Source: Octopus vulgaris
Lineage: Eukaryota
Assembly: GCA_951406725.2 (NCBI GenBank)
Contig: OX597827.1
Location: 1,922,001 to 1,986,000 of the forward strand
Reading direction: 5' to 3'
Length of the DNA: 64,000 nucleotides
The notes beneath the pieces are model-generated. The model had not been told where the DNA came from. It saw only the letters and a list, made by a program, of their open reading frames with translations, and made no database searches. Below, one piece after another: positions 42,386 through 56,510 of this stretch. Within the stretch, counting starts at the first letter, position 1; every line of letters begins with the position of its first letter. Position numbers and translations under genes: made by a program.

Positions 42386-42834
42386 TGTATATATTTATAT
42401 ATATATATATATATATACACATTCATACATTGATACACCACTACATACGTACGCACAAACACACACATACATATACACACGCTCAAACGTCGCATACATA
42501 TTATATAGGAAAGTGTGAAGTGGAAGCTAAAGAGGAATAACTTCAAAAAACAAAAAAAACAAAAAACAAAGACAAAAAGACAATGGATTTAAAATGGAAG
42601 CCAGCGTCACGTCGGATGTGATCATTTTTTTGTTCCTCTGTCAATGTTTCCGTTGTAATTCTTCTGTTTATTGCATTCATTAGTAACTGTTGTTAATGCT
42701 CTTGCTATTATCGTTGCAATTGTAGCATCTTGCAGTAGATTCGTTTGCTGCACTCGTCGTAATTAAAAAAATAAAAACAGCATTATTTTTATCATTATCA
42801 TTGTTGCTGTTGTTGCTGTTGTTTGTTGTTTTTA

Positions 42835-43220
42835 AGTTGGCGGATTCGTTTGCCCGACAAGTAAAATGCTTTACGTTCTGAGTTCAAATTCTGCCAATGT
42901 CGACTTTGCCTTTCATCCTTTCATGGTCAGTAAAATGAGTACCAGTTGAACACTGGGGTCAATAGAATTGACTTACCCATTCTTCGAAATTGCTGGCCTT
43001 GTGCCAAAATTTGAAACCATTATTATTATTATTATTATTATTGTTGTTGTTGTTGTTAAGGCAGCAAGCTGGCAGAATCGTTAACACGCCGGGCGAAATG
43101 CTTAGTCCGTCTTTACGTTCTGAGGTCAAATTCCGTCGAGGTGGTCATTGCCTTTCATCCCTTTCGGAGCTAGATGAAATAAGCAACAGTTGAATAGTGG
43201 GGTCGATGTAATCGACTACT
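42835..43220 (+). mobile_element. Tandem pair of SINE family B copies
   Basis: Family B core present twice, separated by (TAT)n/(TGT)n. Confidence 0.75.
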
Positions 43221-43242
43221 TAACCGGTCCTCTGAAATTACT

Positions 43243-44109
<867 letters not shown>

Positions 44110-44125
44110 GTTATTATTCTTATCA

Positions 44126-44174
<49 letters not shown>

Positions 44175-44417
44175 CATTATTATGGTGGCAAATTGGCAGT
44201 ATTGTTACTACCCCGGGCATAAATGATGATGATGGCGATGATGAAGACAACGATTGTGAGTGCAACACCCTAACAATTAGGTCACGTGTCTTCTCTGGCA
44301 TTGTAATCCCCATATGAAATCTGGAAATTAAGCATTTGGTCCTTCATTTTCAGTATGATGATTCTGATTCCCAACTATGACTTCGATGTGAAGTTCTTTA
44401 TTTATCCCCCAGATATA

Positions 44418-44903
44418 GGCGCAGAAGTGGCTGTGTGGTGAGTAGCTTGCTTGCCAACCACATGGTTCCGGGCTCAGGCCCACTGCGTTGCACCTCGGGC
44501 AAATGTCTTCTACTATAGCCTCAGGTCGACAAATACCTTGTGAGTAGACCTCGTAGACGGAAACTGAAAGAAGCCCAGTGTTTCAGTAAACGCTGTGGTG
44601 CCTTCCTTCTCAGAAAGAGTAAAATTTCGTCATAACATTAGTAAAATGTTGTGATGAAGTTCTCATTCTCACTTACCTTACAGTGTATCGGTCACTAACC
44701 GACATTTCTAAGTATTAAAAGTAACATCGTTTTAATTGGCACCATACCAAAAACCACAGCCACTCATATTACCAACGTGTCAGTATGATTAGAACTTTGC
44801 TTTCCAGCCACATGGTTCCAGCTTCAGTCTCACTGCGTGGTACTTTGGGCCAACTAAAGCCTTGTGAGTGGATTTGTTAGATGGAAACTGAAAGAATCCC
44901 GCC

Positions 44904-44978
<75 letters not shown>

Positions 44979-45175
44979 TGTACGTGTGTTTATGAGTGAG
45001 CGTGGGTCTTTTTGACTGTGTTTGGCCCTCACTACAACTTGGCAACCAGTGCTGCTGTGTTTGCATCTCCGCAACTTAGCGGTTCGGCAAAAGGAACCGA
45101 CAGAAAAGAGACAGATGTAAGAAATACAAAAAACTAAACCAAAGAAACTACTAATGACTGAAACAAGTAAAAAGG
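44418..45175 (+). mobile_element. Two SINE family A copies (5' part at 44418-44577; near-complete at 44790-45175)
   Basis: Sequence similarity to the other family A copies. Confidence 0.8.
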
Positions 45176-46164
45176 TTTAAAGACAAAATGTCCGCCATCA
45201 CTGGCCATCACCGCCGCCGCCGCCACCACCGACGTAACCACTGCCACCATCACTAAAAACATGACCAACAAACACGAATACTCTAACCATCACAGCAATG
45301 CATTACCGCCTCCGCCACCGCCAACAGCACCGCCACCAGTACGATGACCACCACCACCACCATCACCACCACCACCATCACCACCACCACCAGCATCATC
45401 ATCACCAGTCGCCCTCTACCACTCGACAGCATATACACCACTCAAGGTTTACATTAAATAATAGTTTCCCTGGTGTCAAAGCATTTTATAATTTACATTT
45501 GCCTTCGATTTCTGTGTGTAAGTACGCTTGTTGGAGTACGTACATTCCCCCGCACTATGACAGATACATACAAAACTATATGTGTGGGTATATAATACAT
45601 ACATACATACATACATACATGCATACATACATAGATATATATATATATACATATATGCATACATATATATATATATATATACACACATACACACGCATAA
45701 ATACACATATGAGCATAAACGCACATGAATGCCCATATAGCCAGATACATTTGTGTGTGGGCGTGAATTTATGCGTATGTGTTCATGTATGTGTGTGTGT
45801 GTGTGTTTTTGCGAGTGGGTATACATTCACACATACGCCACTCAATCACACATGCAGACACACACACATATATTTATATATACACACATACACACACATG
45901 TACGCGCATTAATATATATATTTATGTATATGTATATGTACACATACGCACACACACAAACATATATATATATATACATATATACACATGCATACATATA
46001 TCATATATATACACACATACATATATATATCATATACATATACACACACATAAACACATGCATGCATACATAGACGCACGTACACTCATACATGCATACA
46101 TACATTCATACATATACACATATATGTATGTACATACATATATATACAAACATGCATGCGTACA

Positions 46165-46299
<135 letters not shown>

Positions 46300-46653
46300 T
46301 TATATATATATACATTGGTAAATTTCCAAATATGTGTAAAGCAAAAACAAATACAATGAAAGCCCAAAGATAATAACAAAACAAAACAAAACAAAAACAA
46401 AAAAAAGGAATGAAGGCGGCCATTTTCTGTGAACATTAAAATAATAATTTTCAACATGAAGAGGCGCTAAAAACGTTTTCTGTGGTGATAGGAGAACAAT
46501 TTTCACACGTCGTTCAGCCAACGACATCAGTTTCATCTCTGCTTTTCGAAATAGGTGCGGCTGCAATAAACAGAATGAGCTAAGTATTTGAAGTGTCAAT
46601 GAATTTTCTGAAGTGAGCTTTTTATTGAAATATTTAATTGCTTACGTTTTATA

Positions 46654-46707
<54 letters not shown>

Positions 46708-46749
46708 GAGTGGATACATGTATGTATATTAAATATACATATAGAAATG

Positions 46750-46812
<63 letters not shown>

Positions 46813-47537
46813 TTTGTATTTATATATATAGACATAATTACAAATATATTATATATGCGCACATAGGTGCAAATGCACTGTGTGCGTACACGCATATGCT
46901 TTTAACGGGTGTATTTATGTGTGTTTGTCTGTGTGTATGTATGTATATAATTATAAACACTCATAAAGCAGACACGAACGTATGTATGTATGTATGTATA
47001 ATATAAAACATACACACATATACATATACATATATATATATTTATACACACACACTCGTTTATATATATATATGAACACACTCACACACACACATAAGTA
47101 TATATTTGTGCGCATGTGTGCGTGTGTGTGTGTGTGTGTGTTCATTATCTCGGCAAAATAATGGATGGTGTTATAGACTTGGTTAGAGAAATGTTCAGTG
47201 GCACTTGCTTAAACATTTGAAATAACATAAAAATACACATGCTTGTCCACTTAGTCACAAACACACACACACACACACACACAAACCCATGATCACACAT
47301 ACGCGCACGCGCATGCATGTACTTAGGCTACTAGATCCTTACATCTTAGGAGCCTTTGTTCTTTAATGAGACATACCCATGCATGCAAACATATATATAT
47401 ACATTCATATATGCACACATACATACATACATACATACATACATACATACATACATACATACATACATACACATGCATACATACATACATACATACATAC
47501 ATACATACATACATACATACATACATACATACATACA

Positions 47538-47716
47538 CGCTGAACTCTTGAGGAATCTTCAGCTACTCTATCCAAATTACTTGTTCAGGTTTGTACCTGT
47601 AATTATTGAGGCACTAGGATATATAATACACTGCCTAAATACCAATATTAAGAAATTAAGCTTCTCAAAACCAAGAAGCTGAAAGCTACAAATTCACGCC
47701 ATTACTGGAACTGAAG
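47538..47716 (+). mobile_element. Fragment of an RLE-encoding (R4/Dong/NeSL-like) non-LTR retrotransposon C-terminus
   Basis: [40 protein letters not shown]...LQIHAITGT resembles the PIVIGALG segment after the restriction-like endonuclease motif. Confidence 0.65.
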
Positions 47717-48718
47717 GTTATCATTTAAGTATATATAGATTTATGTATCACGCCTTGCGCGTAATTCCTCCAAATGATTGTGTTTCCACAGCATGAAACT
47801 ATTGTATATTGAATAACATGTTTCTCCCGCTGGATAGAGTAATGCTTTTGTTGATCCTCCAAATAACGGAACGTTAAGCTACAAGCACACGTGCGCACAC
47901 ACATACATACACACACATTCACGGACATACACACACACACATATGTATACATATGTGTGAACGTGTGTGTGTGTGTGTGTGTAATACACTCTTCTAATGT
48001 TGGTAGGTTCAAGAGAGAAAGTAGTCCATCTTGGGAGAGATAAATGTCGTTTAATATACACAAGTTTTAACTTCGGGTTACTATTGGTTGCAAACTGTGA
48101 AGACACGATGATCGGACGGCAAGCGTGTGTGGCGTGCCATGCGTTTCCAGGCAACCGTTAAGAGTCAAATATACAACATGGCTGATCTTCGGAAAAGCGA
48201 TAAAGGAAGATTCTCTTTGAAAACAAACGAGAAAGGACGCTGGTCTGTGGAATAAAAAAAAAGACTACATACTTATTCCGCAGTGGCGGGGGGGGGTTAC
48301 AGCTGAATAAAAGAAACTTTTCTCTCTTTACTCTCTTATTCTTTTACTTGTTTCAGTCATTTGACTGCGGCCATGCTGGAGCACCGCCTTTAGTCGAGCA
48401 AATCGACCCCAGGACTTATTCTTTGTAAGCCTAGTACTTATTCTATCGGTCCCTTTTGCCGAAGCGCTAGGTTACGGGGACGTAAACACACCAGCATCGG
48501 TTGTCAAGTGATGTTGGTGGGACAACGGTGGACCGGGCGACGCGTTGTGTTCTTGAGCAAAACACTTCATTTCACGTTGCTCCAGTCCACTCAGCTGGCA
48601 AAAATGAGTAACGCTGCGATGGACTGGAGACCCGTCCAGCTGGGAACACATGACCCTGGCTAGGCTTTAAAAGGGCGCAATTATTTATTTTTTGATACTT
48701 ACACACACACACACACAA

Positions 48719-48798
<80 letters not shown>

Positions 48799-48800
<2 letters not shown>

Positions 48801-49168
48801 AGGCGCAATGGCCCAGTGGTTAGGGCAGCGGACTCGCGGTCGTAGGATCGCAGTTTCGATTCCCAGACCGGGCGTTGTGAGTGTTTATTAAGCGAAAACA
48901 CCTAAAGCTCCACGAGGCTCCGGCAGGGGATGGTGGTGATCCCTGCTGTACTCTTTCACCACAACTTTCTCTCACTCTTTCTTCCTGTATTTCAAAGGGC
49001 CGGCCTTGTCACTCTCTGTGTCACGCTGAATATCCCAGAGAACTACGTTAAGGGTACACGTGTCTGTGGAGTGCTCAGCCACTTACACGTTAATTTCACG
49101 AGCAGGCTGTTCCGTTGATTCGGATCAACCGGAACCCTCATCGTCGTAACCGACGGAGTGCTTCCATC
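48799..49168 (+). mobile_element. SINE family C (tRNA-derived), full-length copy
   Basis: A box TGGCCCAGTGG and B-box-like GTTTCGATTCC. The 3' part (GAGAACTACGTTAAGGGTACACGTGTCTGTGGAGTGCTCAGCC) recurs in degenerate form at 1-130 (+) and about 6630-6760 (-). Confidence 0.8.
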
Positions 49169-50029
49169 CCATATATATATATATATATATGAAACAAAAT
49201 AATAAATAAAACATATGCATATATACATACATATATGTACGTACCTACATCTATATGTATATATACATGTATATATGGGTACAGGACACCAAAAAAAAAA
49301 AACGTCCGTCTCTGTTTCATCTACTCCGCGTTTCGAAGATATATATATATGACGGATTTCTTTGAGTTTCTGCTTACCAAATTCAATCACAAGGTTAGAG
49401 TTTCCGTCTACTAAATTTACTCACAGAGCTATTGTAGAAGAGTCTTGCCGACGATACCATGCAGTGGGATTGAATCCAGAACCATATGATTCGAAAGTAA
49501 ACTATTTACCACGTAGACTCGCCTGCGCTTATTGATAAACAAAATATAAAAAAAGAAGGGTAAAATGGGAGAGTGCTATGTTTTAAATATGCTTAGTCAT
49601 TGAGAAATAACCGACGTACACATCGAGGTTCATGTGATAAAATAGTTATCGTCTGCTGACCTTAAAACGATGTGTTTCTATTGTCGTTCTATTTGATGAG
49701 AAATAATTTCAACAAGGAACATCGCAGACGTATAACCATCGATGATCTACTTATTAAGATATTATTATTGCTTATTATTATATTTGAAAGTATAATCTAT
49801 CATTGTGTACCGTCTACAGAAGCATTTAAATATTACGTTTATGTGGGAATTTATAACTATTATGGGATGTTGATCGGAAAATGTAACTATTATGGGATGA
49901 ATTTCTATGAGAGTTAAGTACGTGTACACATACTATACACACTTGTGTGTGCGTTTATATACATACATATATATATATATATTTATATACACATATATAT
50001 ATACATATATGTATATATACATATTTATA

Positions 50030-50282
50030 TAAAAGGTATTTATATATTATATATATATATTTAAGGTATTTATGTTATATATATATATGGTATTTATATG
50101 TTATATATATATATATATATATAATATATATATGTATATTTAAGGTATCTATTTTATATATATATATATATATATATGGTATTTATGTTTTATATATATA
50201 TATATATAATATATATATGTATATTTAATGTATCTATGTTATATATATATATATGGTATTTATGTTTTATATATATATATAT
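50030..50282. repeat. AT-rich minisatellite, about 80-bp unit, ~3 copies
   Basis: Recurring atttaaggtat.tatgttatat...ggtatttatgttttat blocks. Confidence 0.6.
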
Positions 50283-50376
50283 ATGCACACACACGCCACA
50301 CTTACACACACACATATGATATATACTTGATATATATATATAAATGATATTTATGTTTAATATATAAATATACATA

Positions 50377-50431
<55 letters not shown>

Positions 50432-50450
50432 TTATATAAACATACATATA

Positions 50451-50483
<33 letters not shown>

Positions 50484-51034
50484 GGACAAACACACACATA
50501 CGCATACACACACACATTAATACATATGGTACGTACGTACATACATATCTATGGGGATTTGTATTTATGTATGTGTATAGGTATGTATATCGATGAGTAA
50601 TATAAATATTAGCGTATGTATTTATGAGAATTATAAATGTGATTATCGTATGTATCAATGAGAATTAAAGCTATTAGTTATTCACAAGGCTGTGAGGGTT
50701 ATTACGATAGTTGAGAGTTAGGGGATCTGTGAAGAGAGACGCGCAGCTGATTAACATGTTCTGCGGTTCGAATCTTGCCAACAGTACTTATTTCTTTATT
50801 GCCCACAATGGGCTAAACACTGAAGGGACAAACAAGGACAGACAAGCATATTAAGTCGATTACATCGACCCCAGTGCGTAACTAGTACTTATTTAATCGA
50901 CCCCGAAAGGATGAAAGGCAAAGTCGACCTCGGCGGAGTACTGCGATGTTATCCATGACCAAGACACTTTAACTTTCAAAAGATGGTGGTGATGGTGGTA
51001 GTGGGGGTGGTCATGGTGATGATGATGGTTATGG

Positions 51035-51072
<38 letters not shown>

Positions 51073-52515
51073 CTGATGATAACATACATGCGTATATGCA
51101 CTAACACACGTGTGTACCTAGCTACAAGAAGTCGTTGATTCACATTTTAGTACTGTTTCCCTTTGTCTGTCTCTTTCACACGCACATACAGACACACACA
51201 GGGATATGCACATACACATACATACAGGGATATGCACATATGCATACACACACAGGGATATGCACATACACACACGCTTTGCCTCTCTTTCTCTTGTATA
51301 CGTACGCACTAATTCATCACCATACATACATGCACTATCTATTTCTTTCCCTCCGCCATACACCAACCACTTTTTAAACACACAGCCATACTAACTCCCA
51401 ACTCCTCATCTCTCCCTTTTTGTGCATTTTTTTTTTGTTCTTTGTTCTTCACTCACACATACGCACATTAATTCGCACATTGATACACACACACACACCA
51501 CATTAAAACAGGTACACACACGCAGAGACACAAACACAAACACACCAACAGACTCACACTAACATTTACCTATACACACACAATGACACACTAACACAAA
51601 CCATTTGTTTTCAGCTACACAATGGAATGCAAGGTTGGCTAAATTTATATAGAGAACCAAAGTTGACCTAACTAGTCAATAATCCGGACGAATAACAATC
51701 AATCAATATACTTTTGCAGGCAAACTTTGTATGGCAAAAGATGAGCTTCCGGTAAGACGAGACGGCGGCGCAGTCTCAATTTCCGGTGAAAGCCATTTCT
51801 ACTCACTTACACCATTAAGGCTGTATATGCGTCACACTTAGCATTTAATCCCCCTCCCCAGCTTGAAATATAGAATGACAGGCAGAAAATGTATTATATA
51901 GTACCAGGCAAAATGACTTGTCGCTATAAAACACTTGGTCGAGTGACCTGCAAGAAATAGCAGTCAAGCTTCCCTCGAATCATATCCTACTACCTTAAAA
52001 TATAAAAGCAAATATAAATAAATGATGGCAATGAGGCCAACGTTGTGTTAGATAAACCATTGCTAAATCAACACAAGCGCAATGAAGTACATTTTGGGCT
52101 TCTGAAAGCTCATATCTGTCGTGGGTAGAGTACATTAATGCTCGTATATCCATCCCTGGTGAGTGATATCTGTGTGTGTGTATGTGTGTATCTTTTATCG
52201 TTTACTTGTTTCAGTTATATTGACTGCGGCTATGCTGGGGTACCGTTTTGAAGGGTTTCTTAGTCGAACAAATCAACCCCATGACTTATTTCTTAAAGCC
52301 CAGTGCTAAAGCATTTGGTTTACTTCTTTAAAAGAGAACAAGACAACAACAACAACAGCAGCAGCAACCATCAACAGCAAATGAATGAGAATCTACGTGA
52401 TTGTTCGACTTGCTAAAAATAGCAGTCACATCTCACTCAAAGAGCATTTTATTGTCTTAAGAATAAATGTGTTGGATAATACATTTATTTTTCTCGTTTC
52501 TTTGCTTTTTCTTTT

Positions 52516-52646
52516 CTACTTTTTTTTTGTCGGTTTGATGGAAGCCGTGGAGCTCGTAGACTTTGCAGGTTTTCCGATGCCTGTGAGATGGACGTCATTA
52601 ATATTGTTTCCCTCAAACTGTTCCAAATCAACGGCTGCTGGAAAGC
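52516..52646 (-). CDS. Candidate orphan terminal exon, possibly of an upstream tandem gene or paralog
   Basis: Branch-like CTAAT, pyrimidine tract and CAG acceptor. The phase-1 reading is (G)FPAAVDLEQFEGNNINDVHLTGIGKPAKSTSSTASIKPTKKK*; phase 0 is also open. Faint GNN..NDV resemblance to exon 3. Confidence 0.28.
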
Positions 52647-52800
52647 CTGGAGCAAAGAGGATATTCCAGAGAAAGGATTAGGAACGCTGGTTAATGCGAG
52701 GCCTACTAATGGTGGGATTTGATTAATTAAGAGTTTGAGCAGTTGTGTACAAGTCACTCTTATATGGCACTTTTGAGTCTCCAAACTGGTAATTACTGAG

Positions 52801-52847
<47 letters not shown>

Positions 52848-53299
52848 AAGAGAGGGTGTGAGAAAGAGCGAGCTCGTTATTGTATGCTGCTATCAACGTT
52901 CCGTTTGAGATTTTAGATACGAGTACAACCACCTCCAGTCAATCTACACGGCTTCTTGATCTGTTTGAAATAATAGCTAATGTCCTTCAAATCATGCTCT
53001 ACTTACTTAAAAGGAAGAGACCTTGAAATTATGTCCAAATACAGTAAAGTTTTTAAAGGTACAGAATTTTTTAAGTGAGTTTACGTTGTTTTCGCGATTT
53101 TTACATAGTGTTTACAAAGATCAGGTTATGTTCTTGTAGAGAGTGAGTGATTGATGAGTTTGATGAGTATAGGGACAATTTCTAGTCTCAATGCTTGGGG
53201 TTAATATTTTGCAAAATTTTGGTAGTTTATTTGTATTTTTCTTCAAGTTACAACAAAAGCAGCCTAGCATTCAGAACAGAGACTATCACGTTGCACAAT

Positions 53300-53960
53300 C
53301 TGAAGCTACCTTTCTGCCAGTTCTTGGATTCAATGCTGATACAGTTCTTGTCCTTTGAGGGCGAAGAACCCTTTCATTGGAGCTTCCACCTCGTCTTGGT
53401 TGTCGCGAGCGTAGGGAGTTATGGATAGGAACGAGTAATAATCCAAGGGAGTTAAGCCAAAATAGAAACGATACTATCAGGTCCGATAATCTTGTTGATG
53501 TGAAGCTATCGGGAATATTCATATGCTTGGTGTATAAATGCAAAGGGAATATTATGGGGTAGTTGACGATAAAATTTGGAAGAGATTTGCCGAATGCGCG
53601 AGACGTAGAGCGCGCTGCAAAAAATGGAGATTTTTTCATTTATTATTTGCAGAGACATCGTTATTGAGAAGTGGAAGGAAACAGAAATACGCAAGGTATC
53701 TTAATGGCTGGCTGCAGACTGGGAGGTAAGAAAGCTTGAGGGCTGTACGATGCACAAAGGCATCTTTTGCAGTTCGTTTAGGGGTGTTGCAAGTATTACG
53801 TGCTGGGTAAATACTGCTCGGTTTGGGAAAGAAGAGGGAATATTCCTGATGTTTCAGGCCTTGCTTATTTGTCTGGACAGCTGTTATGAAGCTATGAATG
53901 AACTGTTCGGCGGGCATGAGATACTAAGCTTTTGCTGTGTGAGTGATATGAAGGACCATG
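53300..53960 (-). mobile_element. Decayed CR1/L2-type LINE fragment at the start of the RT domain
   Basis: LHINKIIGPDSIVSIL resembles the LINE KSPGPDGI motif and is preceded by FFAARSTS..GKSLP. Heavily frameshifted. Confidence 0.5.
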
Positions 53961-54591
53961 TCCAAAAGGATAGATATGTGCGCATGTGAACAAACAGAAT
54001 GCACGTGCTAGGCTGATCTCGATCTCAACAGCAGCTACATGTTCCTTAAATCATACCCTGGGATATGTAGTCCTACATAAGCTGCGGCTGAAAAAGGCAG
54101 GATGGTCAAGATTAGAGCGTGTGTGTCTTTGTGTCTGTGTTCTCCCCTACAATCATGGCTTGGCAACAGATGCTGGTGAGATTAAGTCCTTGTAACTTAG
54201 CGGCTAGCCAAAAGACATCGATAGAACAAGCACTGGGCTTACAAAGTTCAGGGGTCGATTTCTTCGACTAAAACCTTATAAGGCAGTACTCCAGCATGGC
54301 TGCATGACTGAAACAAGTAAAAGGATAAAAGAATGAAAGAATTATATTCACTAACACCACGCAGCCTTCATGAGGTCATCTTGTAAATGCTAGTAATAGC
54401 ATTCCAATCACCCTCAAATGACACTCTAGCATCTGCGAAGGGGAAGGGCAGATAAAAAAAAAGCAAAAAGCTGGACGACTGCGTCTGGATCAGGTTTCAC
54501 CTTTAATCTACTCGATTAAGGCAGACCTAGGGTTAAACAACAACAGCTATTTTAACACAGTGATATCGTCGCTGTCGACAACCACCACAAA

Positions 54592-54676
54592 TACCTCCCA
54601 GCCTACAACATTCACCACCACCAGCAGCAACATCACTGTCATCGTCGTCATCATCGTCATCGTCATCGTCATCATT

Positions 54677-54729
<53 letters not shown>

Positions 54730-54856
54730 TATCGTCATCATCGTCATCGTCGCATTGTCATCATCACCACAAAGACCTCCCAGCCTACAACATTCACCAC
54801 CACCAGCAGCAACATCACTGTCATCGTCGTCATCATCATTATCGTCATCATCATCG

Positions 54857-54914
<58 letters not shown>

Positions 54915-55141
54915 TATCGTCATCATCGTCATCGTCATTGTCATCATCATAGTCATCATCATCATCATCATCATCATCATCGTCATCATCATCATCATCA
55001 TCATTATTATCGTCATCATCATCGTCATCATAGTCATCATCATCATCATCGTCAGCATCATCATCATCATCATCGTCAGCATCATCATCATCATCATCGT
55101 CATCGTCATCATCATCGTCATCATCATCATCATCATCATCG

Positions 55142-55177
<36 letters not shown>

Positions 55178-55185
55178 TCATCAAC
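54592..55185. repeat. (CAT)n/(CGT) microsatellite block containing a ~183-bp tandem duplication
   Basis: acctcccagcctacaacattcaccaccaccagcagcaacatcactgtcatcgtcgtcatcat at 54592 and 54775. Confidence 0.85.
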
Positions 55186-55269
55186 TTCATCAATAACAAG
55201 AATGATAGCAATAACGATAGCAACAACAACAAGCAAGCAATACTATACAGCTGATTATCATCTGTAAAA

Positions 55270-56510
55270 CTCCCACCACCAAAACATTTTAAGACCACCA
55301 CCACCACCATCACCACCACCACCACCACCGCCACCATCACCACCACCACCAGCAACAAGAAGAAACAAGCAAGCAATGCCATCACAGCCGATACGATAAC
55401 CAAAACCCTTACCCCCCACCGAATACAACACCCCGCTACTCCCCCACCCCACCGCCAACAACAACAGCAACACCACCATCACCGGCAATAACAACAAAAA
55501 TCATGGTACCATAATTTCCAATCAATTTTCTCCCACCCGTTTCTTTTGATTTAAATTTTGAGGACTTAAAAGTGGACGGGTGGAAAGGAGTAGGGTGAGA
55601 GAGAGAGAGGGAGAGGGAGAGAGAGGGAGAGAGAGGGGGGAGAGAGAGGGAAAGAGATAAAAGGAAAATGTGCGGAGGGATGAGGGAGATGAAGAAGAGG
55701 AGAGGAGAGAGAAAGTCAAATAAATGGAAATGAATAAGGGGTGGGGGATATGAAAAAAGAGAAAAAGGGGTGTTAGTAATGGTGATGGTGGAGGCGGTGT
55801 TGGTGGTGGCTGTAGGTAGGGTTGTAGTGGTGGTGGTGGTGGTGGTGAAGGTGGTAGTTATGGTGGTGGTATTGGTGTAAATGAATTGGTGGCAATAAAG
55901 TTTGGTGGTAGTAATATGGTGGTGGTGTCGGTGACCATACTGTTGGTGGTGGTGGTGGTGGTAGTGGCGATAGTAAGGGAGGTTGTAGTGGTGTTCGAGG
56001 TGGTGGTGGTGGTGGTGGTAAAAGTAGTGATGGCGGATGGTGTGGCGATGTTTAAGATAGCGTCGGTGGCAATAGAGTTTGGTAATAGGAATGGCTGTAG
56101 TGGTATTGTTGTTGTTGGTGGTGGTGGTGACGGTAGTATTGATGTTGGTGGCGGCGTCAGTGGCGCTGATGATAGTGATGGTGGTGGTGGTGATGGTGGT
56201 GGTGGTGGTGGTGGTGGTGGTGGTGGTGGTGGTGGTGGTGGTGGTGGTAATATTGCTGGTGTAACAGTGGTTGGTGATTATAGTAGTAGTGATGATAATG
56301 AAGATGATGATGATAATGATGATAGGTTGTTGGTGGTGCTGGTGGTGATGGTACTGGGAGTGGTGGTGGTAGTGGTGGTGGTGTTGGTGGTGGTGGTGGT
56401 GGTGACGGTGGTGGTGGTAATAGTATTGGTTTAACAGTGTTTTGCGCTGATGATGGTTATGATATTAGATTGGTAGTCGTGGTGGTGGTGGTGGTGGTGG
56501 TGATGTTGAT
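55270..56510. repeat. (CAC)n-rich and (GGT)n-rich low-complexity blocks
   Basis: Directly visible; opposite strand bias on either side of a GA-rich spacer. Confidence 0.8.

Noticed and set aside
48799-48875. tRNA-like sequence
   Set aside because: No proper acceptor stem, and it continues into a SINE body; this is a SINE head, not a tRNA gene. The same applies to 27074-27152.
50030-51270. Short regularly spaced repeats (AT-rich ~80-bp unit; CAGGGATATGCACATA x3 near 51200) as a CRISPR-like array
   Set aside because: Eukaryotic context, spacers are microsatellite-derived and not unique, and there are no cas genes.
54547-56434. Poly-Asp, poly-Met, poly-Gly and poly-Val ORFs
   Set aside because: Products of (CAT)n and (GGT)n microsatellites.
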